Part shown: piece by piece, positions 58,346-64,000 of the stretch | How positions within the stretch are numbered: the stretch's first letter is position 1 | Layout: every line of letters starts with the position of its first letter | IMG/VR virus record: IMGVR_UViG_3300013121_000023 | Location: 64,001 to 128,000 of that record | Source of the DNA: a virus | Taxonomy: Duplodnaviria; Caudoviricetes | Reading direction: 5' to 3' (one strand) | Length of the DNA stretch: 64,000 bases | Notes under the pieces: generated by a model | Databases searched by the model: none | Seen by the model: the letters and a program-made list of their open reading frames with translations, nothing else | Told to the model about the DNA's origin: nothing | Translations under genes and position numbers: made by a program

Positions 58346-58836
58346 TGAATCGTAGGTATATATACGTTACCGGTAGTCACGGTAACAAAGATGTGGATAG
58401 CGTAGTAATGGCACTACGCAAGGCAAACCATCGTGTGTACAGTCCGTGTGCGCGTAACAAGTCTATGGGCTTGAGGAACAAGGTTGCTACAGCACCTGGC
58501 AACGTATACGTGGACTGTTTGCAGTTGGAAGCCGACTTCGGCTTTAAGCGTGACGTTGGGGCGCTGCTAGCGGCTACGCTATTTGTACTAGTACTACCAT
58601 CATGCCCTAATAGTGATGTAGACCTAGGTATGGCCGTTGGACTCAGAAAGCCGGCGTGCGTATACGTTCCACCAGAAGCTAAAAAGCTACGTATGGTGGA
58701 GTCGTATCTATCTGTTAACAAGTTCTCGTCTAATATAGACGAGGTAGTTACGTGGTCCACTAACATATCGTTGTTGTTCCCCGATAGTGTTTTGAGCCCC
58801 AATGCGCTCATGGACTCGTTGAGCTGCTACGAATAA
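58345..58836 (+). CDS. nucleoside 2-deoxyribosyltransferase-like protein
   Basis: IYVTGS...LRKANHRVY...D..AL...VLVLP...DLGMAVG..K; the usual catalytic Glu appears as Asp. Confidence 0.55.
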   Translation: MNRRYIYVTGSHGNKDVDSVVMALRKANHRVYSPCARNKSMGLRNKVATAPGNVYVDCLQLEADFGFKRDVGALLAATLFVLVLPSCPNSDVDLGMAVGLRKPACVYVPPEAKKLRMVESYLSVNKFSSNIDEVVTWSTNISLLFPDSVLSPNALMDSLSCYE

Positions 58837-58847
58837 GGAGAGCACGT

Positions 58848-59393
58848 ATGGAAGCCTACAGAATGATAAGCGAGGAAGACTTGAAATTCTTTCAATACGT
58901 ATCTCACGAGGTTAGTGATGACAGTATATCACTTCTTGTGTGGATTCATGGCATGTCACCAACATATAGAACAAACTCAGATGCCTTCTCTGCTACAATA
59001 CTAATAGACCTTCTACAGTACGGACTTGCAAGAAAGAATGAGGGAAGAATAGAGACAACGCATCTAGGCCTTATAGTTGTGGGAGTACTCGTAACAGCCA
59101 TATTCCCAGCATTTCCAGCTGACTACGTTGCTAATCTAAAAGGCAAGGAAGAGTCGGTAGAGGAGGCACTGCTTTCTGGCAGACTCGTAACTCCTAGTAC
59201 ACGATCTTGGCTTTTTGCCGATTTTATACGCACGGTCATGCAAGCACACAAAATAGGTATGCGTCCAGTTTGGGAAGACGACAAAATGAAACTCGTTCCT
59301 ATTAGTCATATTGATGGTCGTAATAGGAGTGAAACAATTATCAAGGAATACCTTTCAGACATTGTTGAAGAAATCTTGTTGGCGAATAAATAA
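58848..59393 (+). CDS. hypothetical protein
   Basis: AAGGAG RBS. Confidence 0.55.
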   Translation: MEAYRMISEEDLKFFQYVSHEVSDDSISLLVWIHGMSPTYRTNSDAFSATILIDLLQYGLARKNEGRIETTHLGLIVVGVLVTAIFPAFPADYVANLKGKEESVEEALLSGRLVTPSTRSWLFADFIRTVMQAHKIGMRPVWEDDKMKLVPISHIDGRNRSETIIKEYLSDIVEEILLANK

Positions 59394-59406
59394 GAAAGAT
59401 TGTTTG

Positions 59407-59479
59407 TAGGACGCCCGGGACTTGAACCCGGAACCTGCGGATTAAAAGTCCGCTGCTCTACCTATTGAGCTAGCGACCC
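59407..59479 (-). tRNA. tRNA-Lys(TTT)
   Basis: Cloverleaf; anticodon arm GCGGA-CTTTTAA-TCCGC; GGTTCAAGTCC. Confidence 0.9.
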
Positions 59480-59490
59480 GAAGGAGAACC

Positions 59491-59799
59491 ATGACAACAG
59501 CAGCGCGCATGAGGGATTTGGTGGGCGAATATACCAAAAAAGTCATTAGTGAAAATGAGGAACATATAAATGAAAACTTGCTACCGATATTCCTTAAAGA
59601 CTTGTATTCTTGCATAGAATCAGCTGCATCTAAGGGACAGCGCACATACCAACATGCTATAAATCTTACAACCTTGAAGGTGCTGCATTTGGTTGTTCCA
59701 CAATTGAGAGATCGAGGTTATTTGGTAGAGTATATTACTAGTAGTACTACACAGCATCTTATGTACATGAACGTATCTTGGTCATTACTTGGTAGCTAA
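59491..59799 (+). CDS. hypothetical protein
   Basis: AAGGAG RBS. Confidence 0.55.
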   Translation: MTTAARMRDLVGEYTKKVISENEEHINENLLPIFLKDLYSCIESAASKGQRTYQHAINLTTLKVLHLVVPQLRDRGYLVEYITSSTTQHLMYMNVSWSLLGS

Positions 59800-60205
59800 A
59801 AAAGAAGAGAGCGAAAGCTCTCTTCTTTAAATACTTGAATCTATGCGCCTCAATGTATGAGGCCATTACCTCTGCAATGTAGTCGGGGGCAATTCCCCGA
59901 AGTGCATTGCGACTGAGCACTTTTGCGGTACCCTTCCCCCACGGTACCTTCACTGCCTCAATATATGGTTTGCCCTCCCCTTCTGGATGGCGCATTGTTA
60001 GCAAGTGTCTCGCTGCCTGCATCAGCAGGGAGCTTACCTCCTTCGGCTCCTCCAGCCAAAGGATGTGGATTACTGGGTGGTTCAGCACCACCCTCAATTG
60101 CTTTATGGTTTCTTCATTTGCAATATCAGTGTACCTAGTGCCCTCATGTACGAATGTCCTAATGTCCAACAGGGCCTTCCGAAGGCCCTCTATGTTTTCG
60201 TACAT
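59759..60205 (-). CDS. hypothetical protein, paralog family A
   Basis: LRVVLNHPVIHILW; IAPDYI; ATAAGA and AGGAGG upstream. Confidence 0.6.
   Translation of the reverse strand: MYENIEGLRKALLDIRTFVHEGTRYTDIANEETIKQLRVVLNHPVIHILWLEEPKEVSSLLMQAARHLLTMRHPEGEGKPYIEAVKVPWGKGTAKVLSRNALRGIAPDYIAEVMASYIEAHRFKYLKKRAFALFFFSYQVMTKIRSCT
59791..59828. terminator. bidirectional terminator
   Basis: AAAAAAGAAGAGAGC-GAAA-GCTCTCTTCTTT between convergent genes. Confidence 0.75.
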
Positions 60206-60318
60206 AGTACCTCCTTTCATATATCTTATGCCATTTTTACGAATAAATTAAGGTACACATAAGTAATAATCGAGGGGCTAAAGAAATGGAAGGATAGCTC
60301 CATCTCTAATAAGTGTTG

Positions 60319-60390
60319 TGCCCCAGAGAGGAATCGAACCTCCTTTAGCCTCCTTGTAAGGGAGGTGCCGGACCAGCTGGCTCCTGGGGC
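60319..60390 (-). tRNA. tRNA-Val(TAC)
   Basis: CCTCC-CTTACAA-GGAGG; GGTTCGATTCC. Confidence 0.85.
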
Positions 60391-60686
60391 AACTGTAACT
60401 TAGATATATCCAAAGAAAGGGAAATCAGCATACCAATGAATTGGTCTCTTCCTTTTTCTACTTCTGTTATGAATTCCGAAACCAATTTGGTTTCGGTCGT
60501 GCCATTTGACTCTATTGTCATGTTCATGTTATGAAAACATGACGATGCTGAATCTGGCCATATTGTGTGTGATACTTTATTAAACCGTTTGTGGAATAGA
60601 TGCCACGCATCTCTAAAGCAGTCTGTTACATAGACCATAACCACCAGTTCTTTTCTTTCTGTGTCCTTTATGAAGTAAACGTTCAT
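60345..60686 (-). CDS. hypothetical protein overlapping tRNA-Val
   Basis: AAGGA RBS; 113 aa. Confidence 0.5.
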   Translation of the reverse strand: MNVYFIKDTERKELVVMVYVTDCFRDAWHLFHKRFNKVSHTIWPDSASSCFHNMNMTIESNGTTETKLVSEFITEVEKGRDQFIGMLISLSLDISKLQLPQEPAGPAPPLQGG

Positions 60687-60722
60687 TCTTCATTCCTTTC
60701 ATTTTTACTCATATAGTAACAG

Positions 60723-60796
60723 TGGGACCACTCGGATTCGAACCGAGAACATCCCGGTTATGAGCCGGGGGCTCTGACCGATTGAGCTATAGTCCC
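60723..60796 (-). tRNA. tRNA-CAT, probably Ile2 (lysidine)
   Basis: CCCGG-CTCATAA-CCGGG; paired 1:72, so not an initiator. Confidence 0.85.
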
Positions 60797-60875
60797 AAAC
60801 AAGCCGTTTTTAAATAAACGGCAAGGATTTATTGCATGACGTGGCCTCAGCCCGCCTTATCTATGCAATACATCG

Positions 60876-60947
60876 AGCCCACTATGGGATTTGAACCCAT
60901 GACCTACGGTTTACAAAACCGTTGCTCTACCACTGAGCTATGTGGGC
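60876..60947 (-). tRNA. tRNA-Thr(TGT)
   Basis: ACGGT-TTTGTAA-ACCGT; canonical cloverleaf. Confidence 0.92.
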
Positions 60948-60950
60948 AGG

Positions 60951-61060
60951 AGCGACAGGCCCGAGTCGAACGGGCGACCAACGGAAAACCGCTGCTCTAC
61001 GGGGCCATCACCAGACAGAACGTTACTTGTCTGGCTTGTGACCTACTGAGCTACTGTCGC
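60951..61060 (-). ncRNA. tRNA-like RNA with D-loop hairpin insertion and 4-nt anticodon loop
   Basis: Perfect acceptor GCGACAG/CTGTCGC; T arm GCCCG-TTCGACT-CGGGC. Confidence 0.7.
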
Positions 61061-61083
61061 AAAAAAGGCTTATATAGCCTTTG

Positions 61084-61155
61084 TGGATCGTCTAGGAATT
61101 GAACCTAGGCACAGCGCTTATAAGACGCCGCAGGGCAACCAGCCCGTCACGATCC
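61084..61155 (-). tRNA. tRNA-Ile(TAT)
   Basis: GGCGT-CTTATAA-GCGCT; GGTTCAATTCC. Confidence 0.8.
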
Positions 61156-61234
61156 ATAAGAGGTACACCGGAGACCCGATGAAGCCTTCCGCCAGCATGG
61201 TAGGAAGAAGGAGTGTCACCACGATGTACCTCGG

Positions 61235-61306
61235 CATCCCTGACAGGATTTGAACCTGTGACCCGGAGATTAGAAATCTCCTGCTCTTCCGCTGAGCTAC
61301 AGGGAC
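61235..61306 (-). tRNA. tRNA-Arg(TCT)
   Basis: GGAGA-TTTCTAA-TCTCC. Confidence 0.92.
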
Positions 61307-61544
61307 ATCTACGCCTTCACTCATATTTCTTATTGCGCTATTTATTTGATTTTTTCTTACGGTAGCTAAAAATAGATAGGGTTTGCTGATATAGGAGTAA
61401 GTTGGCCCGCCGTCATGATCGCCGTTATACCGGATGGAGTCTGGAGTACAGCTACTATCAACCGGGCCGAGAAGATAGATTTACAACGAACTGGTGTGGT
61501 TCGTATGACTAACGGTCTTTCGGGGCGCCTCATCAAGACCGCTG

Positions 61545-61623
61545 TGCTCTTGGCAGGAGTCGAACCTGCAAATAATAAAGCCGCTTTTGAAACGGCCGCG
61601 TCTGCCTATTTCGCCACAAGAGC
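61545..61623 (-). tRNA. tRNA-Leu(CAA)
   Basis: GCCGT-TTCAAAA-GCGGC; T-rich 10-nt variable region. Confidence 0.85.
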
Positions 61624-61682
61624 TTTGGCCGTCACCCCCCACACCAACTACTAGAGCTGTGTGGGGGGGGGGTTTCGTAGGT

Positions 61683-61781
61683 AGACCCCGAGTTAGAAAG
61701 CCGTTCTGCATCTTCAGTATTCGGCGAAGAAAAAGAGAGTTGCACTCTTTTCGGGCGTGTATGGCTTTCTTGGTGGGGTCT
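61683..61781 (-). ncRNA. Y-RNA-like RNA 2
   Basis: AGACCCC/GGGGTCT terminal stem; T-arm-like AAGAG-TGCAACT-CTCTT followed by a closed hairpin. Confidence 0.6.
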
Positions 61782-61865
61782 TGGAAAGCGAAGAGGAATT
61801 GAACCTCTTATCTCCATTTCGGTAGTTGGCCTAGATGGATGGTTTTTGCCTTTAACCTACGCTTC
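61782..61865 (-). ncRNA. tRNA-like RNA with 17-nt anticodon loop
   Basis: D stem GGTT/AACC, TCCAT/ATGGA stem, GGTTCAATTCC, encoded CCA. Confidence 0.6.
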
Positions 61866-61870
61866 ATAAT

Positions 61871-62016
61871 GAGACCCGAGTTACTGCACCATTGTCCTTG
61901 TTAGGACTGGTTTTGGTTACCAGTTGCCGACCACCGGCACCTACCCCTTATACGGGGTAGCTAGGATTCGAACCTAGTTTTTGGGGTTGCGTGTAGGATG
62001 CAGTTGTTTGGGTCTC
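61871..62016 (-). ncRNA. Y-RNA-like RNA 1 / circularly permuted tRNA-Trp-like domain
   Basis: Order is T arm, loop-closed acceptor, D arm, anticodon arm, all inside a terminal stem. Confidence 0.7.
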
Positions 62017-62018
62017 GG

Positions 62019-62100
62019 TGCTGAGAGAGGGACTCGAACCCTCACGGTTTTACCCGCCGGTACCTAAAACCGGGGCGTCTACCTATTCCGCCACCTCAGC
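62019..62100 (-). tRNA. tRNA-Leu(TAG)
   Basis: CCGGT-TTTAGGT-ACCGG; long variable arm. Confidence 0.92.
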
Positions 62101-62174
62101 AAGAAAGGGTGTAAGTAACGTGTGTAGGGACGAACGGCGAAGAACATCCAAGTACTCACGTTAAGCACACCCTG

Positions 62175-62253
62175 TGGGGTAGATAGGGATCGCACCTATC
62201 AGCTCTGGGCAGCGGTTTTACAGACCGCCTGAAGCACTAGCTTCGTCTACCCC
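62175..62253 (-). tRNA. non-canonical tRNA-Tyr(GTA)
   Basis: GCGGT-CTGTAAA-ACCGC; A73; T-loop TGCGATC; atypical D arm. Confidence 0.7.
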
Positions 62254-62347
62254 TGGCGCGCTGGCTTTCATAGAACGTTGCTGTACAGCAGCTACAGCTA
62301 ACTACGAGCAGAGTCGTAACACTCTGACTCAAGCCGCGCAATCATTT

Positions 62348-62842
62348 TTATAAAGCTCTTCTTTTTTCTTTTGTAAAGAAGTCCAAGAGGTCTTGTGGAG
62401 AAGTAGCGCTTGGAACCAAGTCCGCCGAGCCTGGGTATTTGGCGGCCTTTAGGACGAACACAACGGATTCAGAGCAAAACATTGCGTGAGTGGTGTCAAA
62501 TGGGTTTCTCCATTTCATTTTTAGCCACTTACCTATTTGTACAAAGAATGCGCCTATTAGACCTGTGTAGTCATATCCACCACCTAGCCAATCTGTAGCC
62601 ACACGCACACCCTCATCTAGCGGTTCTTGCGGAGTTATTATTTCTACTATGTCGTGTGTTTCTGCAAACCTAGAAAAGGAGGTCAACTTGAATCCTCCCT
62701 TTGTAGCTTCCATAACCATGGATTTACCTAGAAATGCATTTTCTATGATAAGCCATACGTGACTTACACGGCTCTTTGTGACCGCGCGTATGATTCTAGA
62801 TATGACGTTGTTTTTGCTAGTAGAGAATCCTATTCTGACCAC
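62348..62842 (-). CDS. permuted papain-like amidase (YaeF/YiiX, NlpC/P60 superfamily)
   Basis: SRVSHV, MEA, YDY, MFCSE. Confidence 0.8.
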   Translation of the reverse strand: MVRIGFSTSKNNVISRIIRAVTKSRVSHVWLIIENAFLGKSMVMEATKGGFKLTSFSRFAETHDIVEIITPQEPLDEGVRVATDWLGGGYDYTGLIGAFFVQIGKWLKMKWRNPFDTTHAMFCSESVVFVLKAAKYPGSADLVPSATSPQDLLDFFTKEKRRAL

Positions 62843-62846
62843 AGTA

Positions 62847-63146
62847 TCACCTCCAGTTGTCTAGCGCGTGCCATATAAACAACAACCCCACTACACACGT
62901 AAGAGGATCTGATATCCACGAATTCCAAAAACTCTCTGGTGTCAGCCATAGATTAGGCCATTTCTTCTCAGCGAACTTTTCAAATATTTCCCAAACAAAG
63001 GCCAAACCTAGGCATACACCCATAGCAATGTTTCTGTCTGCTCTTATTGCCCAAGTGTTAGACCCTATAAACACCCAGAAACAGAAGTGCACTATCGACC
63101 ATACGTCAAATAGTGCATACCCAGCGCGGCCTATGAACCAGCTCAT
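62847..63146 (-). CDS. membrane protein (DUF2585-like)
   Basis: DVWSIVHF, WEIFE, ES..NS..D; three hydrophobic segments. Confidence 0.55.
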   Translation of the reverse strand: MSWFIGRAGYALFDVWSIVHFCFWVFIGSNTWAIRADRNIAMGVCLGLAFVWEIFEKFAEKKWPNLWLTPESFWNSWISDPLTCVVGLLFIWHALDNWR

Positions 63147-63940
63147 GTCTTTGCTCTCCCTAGATCTAGCCAGAAGGCTACTTTGAGTCCTTCATGCGCT
63201 GTGTGGTTATGTACCCATACTCGGAACTTCCAGTGAGGTAGAAGCAGCTTCGTCTCTATGGCTGCTAGCGTAAGAGTCTGCTGGCTGCTCGTCCCATGCA
63301 TAGGAATAGAACGCGCGTGAGTAACAAGCGTTACCTCGGTAGCGAGTAGGTTAAATCTCCCCTTTTTCTCGTAATTGGGGGATATCGCACCTCTGCCTAT
63401 CAGCGGAGGATCTGTACCGCCATCTGTCCAATTCCAGAAGCAGTATCCCTCTGTTTGATCTACCCAGTCGTCGCCGTAAGGAATGGGCACCGCTGTATCT
63501 AGGTCTACGTTGTGCGTGCCTGCTCCTGGGGCGCCTGCTGTCCAAGGCACTATCAAAAGACCATTTTGATCTGGGAGTCCGGTTAGGTGGTTAACCCTCA
63601 TACAGTTACCATCTAGCCCTGGCGCCTCTACAACAGTAGACGCTGGGGCGATCAGCTGTAGAGAGCAGGTATCACCGAACTCTGCGCCTCTAGGCACAAG
63701 AGACCCACCAGCAATCCAAACCGGGTCTACAAAGCCAAATTCGAACGGGGCGGTATTGTTGCTCCCGTTCAAATTGTTAGGCGAAGCGTCTACCTCAAAC
63801 ATAGGGCCCGTACCACGGGCAGCATCCAAGTTTGGGTTAGCTAGGTCGTCGGCCTGACCGGTAAGATACCTGTAGTTCTTGTCCGGGTAGATATTAGGTG
63901 CATGAAAAGGCTTACCGTCAAATGCGCGCGGAACACCCAT
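63143..63940 (-). CDS. hypothetical, probably virion protein
   Basis: 265 aa; Gly/Pro/Asp-rich beta sequence. Confidence 0.55.
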   Translation of the reverse strand: MGVPRAFDGKPFHAPNIYPDKNYRYLTGQADDLANPNLDAARGTGPMFEVDASPNNLNGSNNTAPFEFGFVDPVWIAGGSLVPRGAEFGDTCSLQLIAPASTVVEAPGLDGNCMRVNHLTGLPDQNGLLIVPWTAGAPGAGTHNVDLDTAVPIPYGDDWVDQTEGYCFWNWTDGGTDPPLIGRGAISPNYEKKGRFNLLATEVTLVTHARSIPMHGTSSQQTLTLAAIETKLLLPHWKFRVWVHNHTAHEGLKVAFWLDLGRAKT

Positions 63941-64000
63941 GGTTACACCTGCGTAAAGACGAAGATGACATCAAACGCTCCCTGAGTCGTATTTGTCACG

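Noticed and set aside
2418-58811. Many minus-strand ORFs of 60-240 aa in the track (e.g. 41867..42583, 48014..48718, 14689..15267)
   Set aside because: Antisense shadows of strong + strand genes with Ser/Thr-biased composition and no RBS
1619-61333. Similarity of ATAAG to the baculovirus late promoter
   Set aside because: Gene content, Shine-Dalgarno sites and the sigma factor are bacteriophage-type; coincidental
61512-61542. Hammerhead-like TTGATGAG...CGAAA on the minus strand
   Set aside because: C3 is missing and only one flanking helix exists, so no three-way junction or cleavage site can form
62128-62142. GACGAACG / GGCGAAG matching the Ro-binding Y RNA motif
   Set aside because: On the strand opposite the cluster and in a loop rather than the terminal stem; probably chance
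1-64000. Genome-wide TAG recoding
   Set aside because: Long structural ORFs are uninterrupted in code 11, TAG-ending genes abut their neighbours normally, and no CTA-anticodon tRNA was seen; only the Pth site looks like read-through
1-64000. CRISPR array, integrase, transposase, DGR
   Set aside because: No regularly spaced repeats, recombinase or RT motifs, or adenine-variable repeat pair were seen

Overview
A 64-kb segment of a large tailed (myovirus-like, probably jumbo) bacteriophage genome in the standard genetic code. Positions 1-43.7 kb are mostly virion genes on the + strand: tape-measure end, baseplate hub, a block of low-complexity proteins sharing a K-x-A motif, gp25-, J- and gp7-like baseplate proteins, fibres, endolysin and holin. 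Short cassettes of small non-structural genes interrupt them. Positions 44-60 kb hold an accessory region with paralog arrays, tandem AAA ATPases, a PTH2-like hydrolase and two large structured intergenic RNAs. Positions 59.4-62.3 kb hold a minus-strand tRNA/ncRNA cluster. Main observations: (1) A FliA/WhiG-type sigma factor sits in frame at the C-terminus of a K-x-A low-complexity protein, yet has its own nested promoter motif and Shine-Dalgarno. The same sigma28-like motif (AAA-N13-15-NGNNATAAGA-N4-TG) precedes about 13 other transcription units, which suggests a virion-delivered, self-amplifying sigma factor. (2) Two paralogous RNAs contain circularly permuted, Y-RNA-like tRNA domains, and several other remodelled tRNA mimics lie nearby. 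(3) The Pth gene is bracketed by an in-frame amber codon and an in-ORF terminator. (4) A ~500-nt structured RNA candidate has its own promoter and terminator. All functional calls come from motif recognition by eye; no searches were run.
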